This document shows, piece after piece, positions 25,734-37,711 of a DNA stretch of 64,000 nt. Source of the DNA: Botryllus schlosseri (Eukaryota); NCBI GenBank assembly GCA_051294905.1, contig CM119371.1, positions 10,232,001 through 10,296,000 of the forward strand. Direction: 5' to 3'. The notes under the pieces are model-generated. The model did not search any database, was not told the DNA's origin, and was given only the letters and a program-made list of their open reading frames with translations. The position numbers and the translations under genes were made by a program. How positions within the stretch are numbered: the first letter of the stretch is position 1; each line of letters opens with the position of its first letter.

Positions 25734-27231
25734 CGGTCCCCCCTTGAGAGGGAGCGGAACTAGGTGACGTGGAAGAGTCACAGTACTGAATTATTATCGT
25801 CGGTATCTGCTACGAAGGGAGCCACATCCCAGCAAACACAAAACCGTAAAAGGATCATCCGGGATCATCTCGATTAGGTTCTGATTTTCTAAGTGTCGAG
25901 GGAATGTCTAAAATACGTAGTAGGATGGTCTTGTGGTTATATTCAATCAGAATAAATTCATACTCGGTGTTGTTCCATCTCATGCATTAGGCTTCGTTAT
26001 ATCCGGTAGTTAACCTAATAATGCAAATTTTCTATCTCTCGCGGGTACGACTAAAATACGTAGAAAGGATGACTTTGTCGGTACATTCAATCACGATGAA
26101 TTCTATCCGGTTTTGTTCGATCTCATGCGGTAGCTTCGTTCTATCCATTAGAAAACAATGTTCTCCCTTCGTTTTATTGCGTGAGGATGTCACCGATGTT
26201 GTATATTCGTGTTGTTGCTCTAAGGTCGAATAGTTTTGTTTTCCTCTGATATATATGATCTTCATTATATATATATTCGCTCTTTCGGTAATCTCGCATG
26301 TTCAACGAGTATGGTTAATAGTTTTATTCAGAGAATAACTAAATAAGTGATATGTTGTACGTTTAGGAATATGATTATCGATGCGTGACTTCTAGAATAT
26401 TTCGGCGATTCAAATTTTACGTCATCGCGCCATACAAACATTTGAAGCGCAACAGGTCGCAGCCAGGCATAGTTCGCTCTTTCTGTATGGTAAATGCCGT
26501 AAATATATAGGAATTGTGACTGACTGAGGTAGCGGGTTAAAGGTATATATGCAGTAGCATATAGCTTATGGGGTATTTCGAATTGCCTGTAGTATATGAC
26601 GCCTAGAGCTGTTTGACTTTCTGCAAAACAGGTGTAGACAACTATAGAAAAGTTTCAGCTTTTCCAGGTTAGAATTAGAGCTAAACCGTTTTTCCGAATT
26701 AGATTACAATTATATTGCTGGCATTTCGCTCTAATTTAGTGAAATTAGACCACTATAATTCGCTTCAAACATCTGAATTACCGGTACCTATACCTACGGT
26801 ATATCATAATATTTATGCTTGAATTTTCTAGGTATATAAGTCATATAGATACATTCCTGTAGAACACTGATTCATGATTTTATAAAAGTTGGTGCAAGAA
26901 TGGAAATTTTCAACTTGATGTTGATTAATGGAGCAAAACTTGATATTTGAGCGCAATTATACCTCGAATCCAGTGACAAGATTATTAATCGTTGAAACCA
27001 AACGCAGCTTGATTATGTTGGCCAGAGAATTTGGCTAGCCAGACCATATTGATGGAATATGGTCACAGTAAGATAATATTTTGGGCTATTTTACATGAAC
27101 TTTCCAACATTTGATTTGATATGTCCACTAAAACAGTTGTTATTCTGCTTTCGAATAAGACCTTAATTGCTGGTTTCAATGGTAACTGTGTTTGTCAAAG
27201 GCTGCAAAGGTAATTTCTTTTCCTTGTTAGA

Positions 27232-28388
27232 TGTTTATTTGTTTGTTTGTGGTGTTCATGGTGGTGGTTCGACTACACTGGTCATTTTACACCAGGCCGG
27301 TTCTTATTATTATTATTCCGTATCTGCCCGATTACCAGTGAACTCGGCACTTGGTGAATTCGGCCGCACAAACTCGGCACTTGGTGAATTCGGCCGTGGT
27401 AGATCTCGTAGCGGTACCGGTCACCATGATTGGTTACTGGAATGTTTGCCGGTGAACTTGGCACTTTGAGTGGTTGTCAATGTTGTACGGCGGTCAGGGC
27501 ATGCGTAGATCACACAGTCACGGCGTGATTAGATCACAGATTGCGTAATTGCGGGAAATAACGCGACGCTCTTCACTTGGTGAACTCGGCCCTTGGAGGA
27601 ATTGGCACTAGAACACCTTCGCATTAGAAATGCATTTAGTATGAATGAACAGTATCAAAAAGGAAATTTGAACGTGTCGTGGCTCGTGGTAGATCTCGTA
27701 ATCTTGGGATCCTTCAACCGTGTTATCGAGACACCCTAATCCCAGAGTGGAATCGTCTCTCCAAAGGCAAAAAATAATTTATTTTGACGTGATCATGCGA
27801 AACATTTGTTGATGAGGAACACTGGCTTGTCGTGATCGATAAACGAAGAAGCGCCGCTTGATGTTCCACAGTTTTGATCTCACATACAACGCCAAGATCC
27901 ATCTTCTCAAAACTTACACGACACAGGCCCGTGACTCACGCCATCGATTCCAAGCAAACCGCGCGTGGTCGGTATATGAGCGCTGTGTTATTTCCCGTGG
28001 CTACGCAATCCGTGATCTAATCACGCCGTGACTGCGCGATCTACGGATGCCCTGACCTCCTTACAAGATTGACGAATCACTTGATAATACTATTATTAGT
28101 TTGATAATTCATATTAATAGCTGTAAATACACTTCATTTCAAAATTTCCCGAGGGCCGAATTCACCAAGTGCCGAGTTTGTGCGGCCGAATTCACCAAGT
28201 GCCGGGTGCATCGGCAACCATCTGCCCACTTACAGCACGGCCCACTCCTAGGCTTTTTAAGACATGGCTATGCGAATCAGATGGCGAGGAGGAGCCTAGA
28301 TAAACGGCCAACACTTCGGTAGGAATTATGGAGTCGACGTGTCACGCTCGAACCCGCAATTCATTGGTGTTTAGCTATAATGGAACGT
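27232..28388 (-). mobile_element. SINE family 1 copy split by a MITE
   Basis: 27232-27329 joined to 28228-28388 aligns with 17357-17637. Confidence 0.8.
27330..28219. mobile_element. MITE with long imperfect TIRs, internal AACTCGGCACTTGGTGAATTCGGCC repeats and 8-bp TSD (superfamily uncertain: Merlin/MULE-like)
   Basis: TSD ATCTGCCC (27322-27329, 28220-28227); inverted blocks 27330-27400 vs 28150-28219 and 27495-27570 vs 27978-28058. Confidence 0.8.
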
Positions 28389-28852
28389 ACCACTACGTTT
28401 CCTCGCCATACCTTGTAAAATGAGACCGTAGCATTTGGCATTTCGTGTGGCAATTGACTTTTGTGTGGAAAATTGTGTTCGTTTTAGAACTTATCCGAAA
28501 CTTTTATTCCGCCATAGATTGTATATGATAAAACAATATCGGAATTGATCCTAGAAGAATTCCAAAGCAACTCACCACAAAGGAGGATTTAAAGAAGTTT
28601 GATGGAAAATTGAATGAAAGCAAAAGCCTTTGCAAGAGATGTGGTATGTTGAATCTGTTTTGGTATTTTTAAATAGGCCTACTTTGTTGTGCCGATAGCA
28701 GACAGTATATATAAACGTAAGATGTGGAAGCTATCAAGGTGTTTTTAGAAATTCAGTCAGTCAAAGTGGACGATCGTATTGCTTGGATTATATTTAGGCT
28801 TATTTTAGCATCTTTGAGATGCAACTCTAAACGTGGACGGTCATGAACAGTA

Positions 28853-29513
28853 GGGCTCTTCAAAAATGACTTTTTTTCTCAAATCGTACTGGCTACTTGA
28901 TAAAATTGTTAGGTTACCTAATTTAAGCCTACAAACAAAATATGGTTCAAATCCAGCCAGTATCCGCTTTGCTACAAGAGAAGAAAGTTCCTATTTATTA
29001 TATAAAAATGAATAATAAAAAATTTGAAGATTTTCTGTTAACCCCATGAAAGTGTTAGGCTGTCTATAGAAACGATGCTCACCAAATTTGGTTCAATTCC
29101 AACCAGTGGAAGCGGAGTTATTGCTGTCGAAAAATTTGGATTTTAATAAAATAGTACTTACGGTGAGCACAACTTTAATAAGTAAACAAAGAATCGGTCA
29201 CCGTAAATACTATTTTATTCAAATCCAAATTTTTCGACGGCAATATCTCCGCTTCCACTGGTTGGAATTGAACCAAATTTGGTGAGCATCGTTTCTATAG
29301 ACAGCCTAACACTTTCATGGGGTGAACAGAAAATTTTCAAATTTTTATTACCTATTTATTTTTATATAATAAATAGAAACTTTCTTCTCCTGTAGCAAAG
29401 CGGTTACTGGCTGGAATTGAACCAAATTTTGTGTTTAGGCTTAAATTAGGTAACCTAACAATATTATCAAGTAGCCAGACGATTTGAGAAAAAAAGTCAT
29501 ATTTTAAGAGCCC
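28853..29513. mobile_element. Foldback MITE: ~290-bp arms around an ~80-bp spacer, TA flanks
   Basis: GGGCTCTT...AAGAGCCC ends; arms are nearly perfectly complementary. A diverged partial copy lies at about 39770-39950. Confidence 0.85.
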
Positions 29514-32500
29514 TAATGTCCATGTGAGAGAAACGTTTTAGGGTAGGCCTACTCATATGTCTCGCAGCGTTCTCTACATAATTGTCAATTGCGATACAAA
29601 CTGTTTGCTTGTATTGGTAAAGCCATCCAACTTCGAATTGTAAAATGTTGGGAGTCTTGATATCAAATTTTTGAAAGGTGCACTTTGAGAAGATTTCGGA
29701 ATCTGTCAAATTATACAAAAATTTAGCAAATTCTTTGACATATTTCATCTATTTGGGACTCGATCAACGTAAAAGAATTGGTAATCATTTTATACAATGT
29801 ATTGTATTTGTAGTTGAAGTATAGTAATAATTCTTATGGTTACCGCACTTGTAACGATTCACGGCCATAACTGGAATAATTAGAATGATGTAACTTTCAA
29901 CTTGTCATGCATTTTGCAACCACATTGTTCTCAATTTTCAAGGTGCTGACCATTCGAGGAAGAATCACCCACCGGGAATTCACGATCCGTAAACGCGGCC
30001 GACTGTTTCTCTCCTCAAGCGGAAGCGACAGAGAAGAGGAACGAAGAGAAAAAAGGAGCAGAAATAGCAAGAGTGTGACAAGTCGCGTCCGTTCGCTTTA
30101 ATGCGTATTTCCATCCGCGAAGTAGTAGGTGGGAAAACTAATGGGCGTTTGGTTAGGGCTTATATAAGGTTGACTCCAGCGCTGTATTTGCTTAATGTTG
30201 CTATGAAATAGGGGTGGTGTCATTTGGTATCAATATTGACTATTGAAAGACCATTTGTTAGTGGTCATGGATTTGTTCGGCCAGTATGCAGTAATTTCTG
30301 ATGGTCACTTCCCGGGCTTCTGTTCTCTAACCCCTCATGATTGTTATTCTGCTTCTAGTAAGACTGTCGATTCTAATGTTTTATCGTATCATTTGTCGGA
30401 GGTTTCGCTCGCTTTATTTACAACGTTTTGCTCTCTGCTAGGTCAATTACTGGCTGAGTATCACTACAGCCTAAGAAACTGCACTAATTCTCATTTTAAT
30501 GTCTTGCTGGTTATCTTGCTGTCAATTCTAATAATTTATTAATGTCTATACCAGTGCCGCCACTCAAATGTTTTGTTCTCTGTACACAATATTGTTAGGT
30601 CTTCAGCTTTCCAGGCAGAGTATCATTCCACTTTCTAGACTTGAGTATATATCTCTCCAACTAGCTGCCAAATAACTGATTCATTTGGATTGTTGAATTG
30701 ATCATTTTGGACAGAATGTGAAGAAATTTTAGTCAAGAATTCTTTTTGTGTTAGTGGCTGTTTTCAAAGAGTGCTGAAGTAGTCATCGTTGATCTTGATA
30801 ATCAAGTAGAAGTGACGATTGAAGTCAGTTCTCTAGTCATATAATATTAAAAAATATAATAATAAAACTTGAAAACTTGAGTGGAAATAGTTCAGAATCG
30901 AATCCATTTTAGTAAGTATGGGCGAAAAAAATGTAGGAGTCATTCGTTAGTCGCTACCTCTGCCATTTTCGCAGTACGAATGTCTTAGCTATTAATCATC
31001 ATTTTCATTTTATTTCTGCAGGGTGTTGAGAAAAAAGGCCGCATGCTGGTTATTTAACTGGCTCATCAGAAGATGAAACCTGATGATAAGGACTGTTTTC
31101 ACTTTCTTTCTAAAGACATTCGTTCGTTTGTTCGTTTTATTTTTTACAACGGCATTATTGCCAATTCGTTTGAAATTAAATTATCACAAATGTGATTAAT
31201 ATGTAGTAAATAATGTGGTGTGTGTACGCAGCCGTGATCAGGTTAAGCCCATAGTGGTAGAAAACAGGTTATTATATCAGGATCTTCTTCTTCTAACGTA
31301 GGATCTACATTCTACTCACCATGTTTAAAGGCTGTAGCATCTGCATAATATTTACATTATTGAAGGACATGGAAAAGACGTTGAATTGAGTCGACACAAA
31401 ATCCCCCTTTCTACGACCTGCCGAGATCTAATATCGACTATGTCGGCTCGGCTTTTCTACATCTTTGGTCTGTACTGTGTTTGCTGGGATGCGAGGATAT
31501 AAAGCAAATGAAAAAAATACAAAAACATGCAGTTGCGAATGGTTGATAGATGTACCGAGTGAGTTTTATGTTATTTATTACCACACACACTATTAGCCTA
31601 AAAGAAAAATACACAAAATCAACGCACAACAAAAGAAAATAAGCATAACAAGTAAATCACCCACGCAGGGGTGGCAATGCGATGTACAATTCGATCGCGC
31701 CGCGCGTGGGGGCAAGGTTCTTGAAAAAAAATTCACCACATTGCGTGGGATCGATGAGTCAATATATACAAGACCCTCGACGGTACGTGCTGGGATGCTG
31801 GGGTGGGCTAGATCGGGGGTTGGTGACGCTACCAAGCCACGGCGTGTGGCGTCATATTTGCGTGCGTGTAGACGTGGACGTTGGATGATCGATGAGCAAG
31901 GTTTGAAATTGAATGACGGGCCACGGTGTCGAAACCGTGGTGATTCGCGACAGCTGTGTTGCTCCGTTGCCGTATGTATGAGCGGTTGCGAGTCGTGGGC
32001 GAACGTGGAGTAGTAGCTGGTTGAAGTCGTGCGTTTGAGACATGGCCGTGAACTGTGCGTCGTTCGGCTGTCGTTCGCGAATCAATATAGAGGTTGTGTC
32101 CGTCCGTCACGCTGTTTGAGTGGTAGCCCGAATTGACCGATCGCAGTTCAATGTCCAGGTGGCCCAAGCATCCGAAGTCATCTTCAAATGAGCGGCGTAC
32201 CGTCGTCCGGGTCGGGAATTGCGCGGGTAGGCTGAAAACAAGCTAGGCGCCAGCATAATGTGATAAAAAAACGGTCTAACGATTACTAAGCCTAGAGCCC
32301 TAGACGAAGCACAGAACACACGGTAAATAAAACAATGCGATTACTATAGCCAATAACCACAATCCAGGCGGGGGTATGTAGTAAACGGGAGTGAAGGCAG
32401 TGCCCAGCGTAGGACAGGATGCTGTGGCCCGCTGGTTCGCCTATGATTAGGCTCGATCGCCGGAGATGAGCGATGTGTGAAAATTGTGAATGTTGCGAGT

Positions 32501-32812
32501 GATATGTGTCGTCGCGTGCGCGGTTTGTGTCGCGTGAGGACGACAAATCTCGTTACATGAGTTAAACAGGGTGTTACGCGTTGAATTAAACATGAAGATG
32601 ACCCTAATGACGATTCGAATTAGCGCGTGCAATCGTAACTGTGGTAGCCATGCTATAATGCTGCATGTATTTTTGAAGGTATAGTGCTATGCCGACCGGT
32701 ATCGTGAAGAAGCGGCCACTGCATGTATAATGCGTATACGCAGTGTTGTCAGTGGTAGAGGAACCCATCCATCCATCCTGAGGCTTTGTGAGTTACCGAA
32801 CTCGAGGCAACA

Positions 32813-33178
32813 TGTAACAGTGTGGCTGTGTCGTGCCTGTAGCAGTAGGTAGCTGGCTGGCGACTGACTGTCCTTAGGTTGGCGACTTCTTAACTCACAG
32901 TTTCACTCGGTACGGATGTATTGCAGCAGAAATACGTACGTCAGGTAGCGTAGTAAAATGAGTCTGAGGGCGTGCGAGAGGTCGGTGCATATAGACGAGC
33001 GATACGAGAAAAAAAGGTATAGACTTGCGCAGTGCGCGGCAAGATAGCGAGACAGGATATTGTGCAATCGTATGTGGGTCACTTGGTAATCGCAGTACTA
33101 CAGCAAAGCATGTAGTTCCCTCAACAGATACCTGACGTTATTTAGGGACGTTACGTTAAGGACCAGCGGTCTGCTACA
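32813..33178 (-). repeat. 5' LTR (366 bp)
   Basis: Near-identical to 25366-25733. Confidence 0.9.
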
Positions 33179-33179
33179 G

Positions 33180-33710
33180 CAGTTAAACGGGCATAGCAAA
33201 AGAAACGTATTGATGTCACGGTGCTGCAATTAGAGGCATAGTAACTATCAATAATGCACGGTTAAAAGGGTATGGTACAAGAGAAGCATTCATGTCACAT
33301 TGCTGCAAATACAAGCATGGCAACATCAATAAGGCGCAGGCAAATAGGAATAGGCTAGCCAAAAAGAGTATTTGCGTCACATTGCTGCAAGTACAAGCAT
33401 AGAAACTATCAATAATCAACAGTTAAACGGGTATGGCACAAGAAAGCATTCATGTCACATTGCTGCAAGTACAAGCATAGAAACTATCAATAATCAACAG
33501 TTAAACGGGTATGGCACAAGAAAGCATTCATGTCACATTGCTGCAAGTACAAGCATAGCAACTATCAATATTCCACAGTTAAATGGGTATGGCACAAGGA
33601 AAGCATTCATTTCAAATTGCTGCAAGTAAAGGCATAGTAACATCAATAATGCGCAGGTAAATGGAAATAGCACAAAAAAATATTTGCATCACGGTGCTGC
33701 AAGCAGAAGC
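33180..33710. repeat. ~78-bp minisatellite between the two Harbinger genes (also continues at about 25270-25365, left of the LTR insertion)
   Basis: Unit TCACATTGCTGCAAGTACAAGCATAGAAACTATCAATAATCAACAGTTAAACGGGTATGGCACAAGAAAGCATTCATG at 33377, 33455 and 33533, plus degenerate units. Confidence 0.9.
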
Positions 33711-33732
33711 AATGAATCTTAATTGAAAGCTT

Positions 33733-36185
33733 TTATAAAGTAGGTAGACCAGTTTCTAGTGGGTCTGGTGCAGGCAAGCCTTCAAGCTTTTGCCTTACAT
33801 CTGCTATCAACAGCTGCTTGGTCACAAGTGACGACTGCAGATCAGCAACGGACTGCTGCTTCTCTACTAAGAGCCTTTGCTGTTGCAAGCAGTCAATTTC
33901 CAATTTAATCTTTTCCACTTTCAGCTCATGCTCCAAGAACATGGCATCCGATATGAAGTTAATAACTTCAGCTCTTTTTGGTTTCTTTCTTGGCAACCCT
34001 GTCTTTCCGTTTCTTTCATCACCGGCCTTGAAGCCGGAGTTGCAGTCGTGAAGTTACATCTGAAATAGGGACATATGATATAGAAAGCCCTCATTGCATA
34101 GCAAATGCGTATAAATTCTAAATATCTTATATATGCTTATAAAGCTTTGCTCAGAATGTTAGTCATGTATCTGTATATATTTACACGGATTTTAGTTAAC
34201 GCTCATTAATAATGAACAATATCGATGTCAACATCACATCGTGGATATGTCCCAGACCCTGATCCCTAGGGCAAGTTTTTGTTGCAGTCAAATCCGTGGA
34301 AAGTTGCATTTATTTTTCACAAAAGTTGCACTAAAACGTTGCATTTATGGACAATAAATTTCCTTCAAAATATTAGGTTATGGGATGCTAGAATGAATCT
34401 GTATCCAAGGTACTGTAGCAAAACTCAGGGCAGAGATAATAAAGTTGGATTAGCCTTGAAGTCGATTATCGCGTTCCTCAGGATTTATCAACCCAGGATT
34501 AAGGAAACCGGTTGATCGCAGCTCATAAAGTTGGTGTTAATCTCATGATTTAACAAACCGGATTAAACTATCGATAACTGCGTACGCTGCGTACCGTTCC
34601 TACGCACAAATATTTCCGATAATGACCGTACCGATTGTCAACTAGGTAATGGCTTCACCAAACAATCAACGAATCAAGTACCCACCATTGCAGAGCGATA
34701 TCAATGTTCTAAAATCCGTTTCTTAGCTGTACCGTACTAATTGGACACGACTTTCGTTTGGCGATGATGATAATTCTACCTATTACAGTGGTAGTATGGT
34801 TGTCCGCAGGCTGCTGTTTCATTCAACAACTTGACAACTGACAGCCTATTACGCGTTTCCGCATTATGATGTATCAGATAACGCCACTTGATTGAAAACT
34901 CGCAACTTCCAACTTCTTCGCGTCGCCATTAGCAGTATTTATTCACACGATTAGCATTTTTCCGGATCAGCTGACTTTATTATCTCCGCCCTCAGTGTCA
35001 GCGACTTCAACAAAATCAATCGCCAGAAAAAATTGACCCGGTAAAAATATAATTTTCGTCGGTCTAGCCTGAATGTACGTCAAATCAGAAAGGACGTCAA
35101 ATTTAAACGACAGTGACATAATCAAGCGATCTATTTACATATAGTGCCAAATAATTCCAGTAAAAAGTTAGTCGCATCAAATATTTGCAAGGAGTTTCAT
35201 GAAAAATCGAAAAAAGTTTCACGAAAAATCGAAAAATTTGCAAAAAGTTGCATGAAAAAAATGGAGAAAAGTTGCAAAAAGTTACACAATAAGTTTCCTT
35301 CAAACAGCTTAAAACAGCATCCTACATAACTTCTGAGTATGTAGGAAGCTGCCGGAAGGTGTAAAAAAAGTTGCAAAAACTTGCCCTACTGATCACCATT
35401 GACTGGCTATGGTCCTCATGACTATCAATCAATGCGCATTGCTAATTCTGGTCAGTGTTAGCTTTCGGGTTTGCGAATATATGGCTTTACAGTTATTATA
35501 CGGAGCGATTTTGGAGGTATGGCACAAATTTGGTTTGTAGAGGAGTCGCAGCTAAGCATTAACCCAACACGCAGCAAAACCTACATAACCAGAGTCAACG
35601 ATGCTCAAACATCAACAGCGAATACCATTGACTACCAATTGTGGGGATCAGTGCTTGATATGATGCTTTTATTAATGAAGTGTCCATTATTATGGCATAC
35701 CGTACCTGAAGATGTCGATGCTACGGAACGGTCCACAAACATCACTTGATCAGAATCAAAGTCGTTCTGGAGTGGCTCGAATTGTTCTGGTATCATGCTA
35801 TGGATTATCTGTGACATCTCTGGTACTGCCTTGGTTAGAGGACCTCCGCCAGTTGCAGCCAGGTGGGCACGTTCCTCTGTAATATCTTCTTTCGATCTGT
35901 TGAAATGCATACGCTACGCATTAGAGCCCACCTCGGCATATTCCTAGAATTTCATCAAAAATCTTACCTCGCCTTCATGTTTTTCCAACATTTTTTAAGC
36001 TGCTTGGATGATACCTTTTGAGCATCCGGGAAGGAATTGTATTGAACGGCAAGATCTTCCCATGCAGCATTTTTCCTTTGGATAGAATTTCCATCATTTC
36101 TTTTATCCTCAAGTACATCCAGCTTTGCGCTTACAAGAGTCATAAGACGGCTCTTGTCAGCCAAACTAAACCTTAATTTTGACAT
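33733..36185 (-). pseudogene. Harbinger Myb/SANT-like DNA-binding protein gene (multi-exon, probably defective)
   Basis: Exon 1 (36185-35968) MSKLRFSLADK...RKNAAWEDLAVQYNS...KQLKKCWKNMKA. A GTAAG...CAG intron (35967-35897) joins in frame to RSKEDITEERAHLAATGGGP. The coiled-coil last exon (about 34059-33733, EHELKVEKIKLEIDCL...) has a stop or frameshift near its start. Confidence 0.85.
34267..35388. mobile_element. hAT MITE (TAGGGCAAGTTTTTG termini) in an intron of the Myb/SANT gene
   Basis: 15-bp TIR; TSD CTGATCCC/CTGATCAC; AAAGTTGCA subterminal repeats. Confidence 0.85.
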
Positions 36186-36932
36186 ACTGGAACTGGAAAA
36201 ATGTTTCTGTTGAAATCCAACATTATAGTTTGCTTTACCTAAACATTATCATGTGGCAGACACATCGAGAAAACTGCGAAAAAGCAAGGCTTGTATGAAT
36301 ACTACCACATCACCGCCATACTACACAACTACCATTTCATTGATATACAGTACACTATTATACAGCTTATTAAAGCCAGATATTACATGAAAATGATCGA
36401 ACTCTGTGGACTTTACAATGTTCTATACCGGTATAGTTTACCATGAAGATCATAAATACGATTAATATATGTGCACAGCCCATCATCCCGCAGCAAACTA
36501 ACAGAAAAGTCAGTGCAAACTGTTCGAGTAAAGCCTTGAGACTGCCCCCGGCTCGACTCAGAAAACGCGCACTCCACTGCCAAATTCTCAGCTCGTCAGC
36601 CACCGCGCATCGTCTCTGAATACCAAACAGTTCGAAGTCGAGCTCGACAGACCGTGAAGTACGACTCCAGCCCTGCTCAAACTCATTCTCGAGTTGCGCT
36701 CTCTGAATACCGATTGTTACGCAATTTTGACGCAAAGTGAGTTTGAGCACTGAGTGAGGTTTCTTGAATACGGGCCTATGGCTCGTTAGCCATATATGAC
36801 TCTTTTGATGATGAATTATGTCTCTTTGGCATCTTTCCAATTTTGCACATTATTCCCATCTTCTTTATCAAAATTATGTTTAGTAAATTTTTCTCCACGA
36901 CTATGACATTATTATTCTTGTGGTCGACGAGA

Positions 36933-37711
36933 CAGTTTTGAGATGACTCGTGTCACTTTTTTCGTATGAATTGACTTGACTCGAGTCACTTTGCAAAAAT
37001 GACTTGACTTGACTCGGCGCATCAGAAATGTGGGTTGGCTCGTGACTCGGAGCAAAATCCACGAGTCAATTTCAAGTCATCATGTAATCGGTGTCGATAA
37101 AAATCAGTGATCTTGGATATTTTCGGATTGTTCACGAAACTCTGGTGTAACCGTGAGAGCGACCCCTCAATGGCTCTCATTCAATGATCGTGCGTTTTAT
37201 TCAGCCTTCATTGTTCCCTCGCAAATAAATTGACCAAAAACGAAGTGATCGGAGCTTACGGCTTTCGTTGTCGAAAACTAGTAGTAAAATAATTTATTAC
37301 CAAAATATCTTCCAAACCTCTTGTTTTATTCAAATTGAATTCGAATATCGCTTATATACTCGTTAACCTTTGGCGCAGGATCGAATTGTATCGCATAAAT
37401 ATGTAGGTATGTAATGTATTGCATCTTATCAATTCGTCTCTCTATTTTGGCTGGTAACTATATAAACTGAGGCTATGCAATTACGTACGTGATTTAACAG
37501 TTTTGCAATGACGTAATCATGCCTCATATACTTCGAAAAAGCAACTTGACACGAATTGTGACTTGACTCGTGGCTTGACTTGACTTGAGTCATCTTCAAA
37601 AATTGATTGAGTTGACTTGAATCGAGTCACCTTCGAAAATCGATTGACTTAACTGGACTCTAGTCAAAATGTGAAATGACTCGAAATGACTTGTTACTCG
37701 AAGGTAGTGAC
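36933..37711. mobile_element. Inverted copy of the 15776-16667 hAT MITE, one terminus clipped
   Basis: Reverse-complement similarity over about 780 bp. Confidence 0.8.

Larger units (their letters stand above)
25828..31488. mobile_element. Non-autonomous DNA transposon with CCCAGCAAACACA termini and 2-bp TSD (EnSpm/CMC-like)
   Basis: 13-bp perfect TIR CCCAGCAAACACA / TGTGTTTGCTGGG, AT on both sides; a ~143-bp subterminal direct repeat at about 25880-26150. No transposase recognised. Confidence 0.75.
25366..33178 (-). mobile_element. Non-autonomous LTR retroelement (Gypsy-like 4-bp TSD), about 2.15 kb after removing the nested insertion
   Basis: Direct repeats 25366-25733 and 32813-33178 with TG...CA ends, differing by about one substitution and a 2-bp indel. 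TSD GCAG. A purine tract AAGGGGGGA on the minus strand adjoins the 25733 LTR end. No gag or pol recognised. Confidence 0.92.
24069..36776. mobile_element. PIF/Harbinger transposon (nuclease + Myb/SANT genes) expanded to 12.7 kb by nested insertions
   Basis: 13-bp TIR GGCCCGTATTCAA / TTGAATACGGGCC; 3-bp TSD TAT (24066-24068, 36777-36779). The flanks rejoin to match paralogous empty sites (about 8040 and 41185). Confidence 0.92.

Noticed and set aside
29850..30080. Possible solo LTR (TGTAAC...GTGACA)
   Set aside because: No matching TSD and no second copy in the window.
33372..33629. ORF with 26-aa repeats, or a CRISPR-like array
   Set aside because: By-product of a 78-bp minisatellite; units are contiguous with no unique spacers and there are no cas genes.
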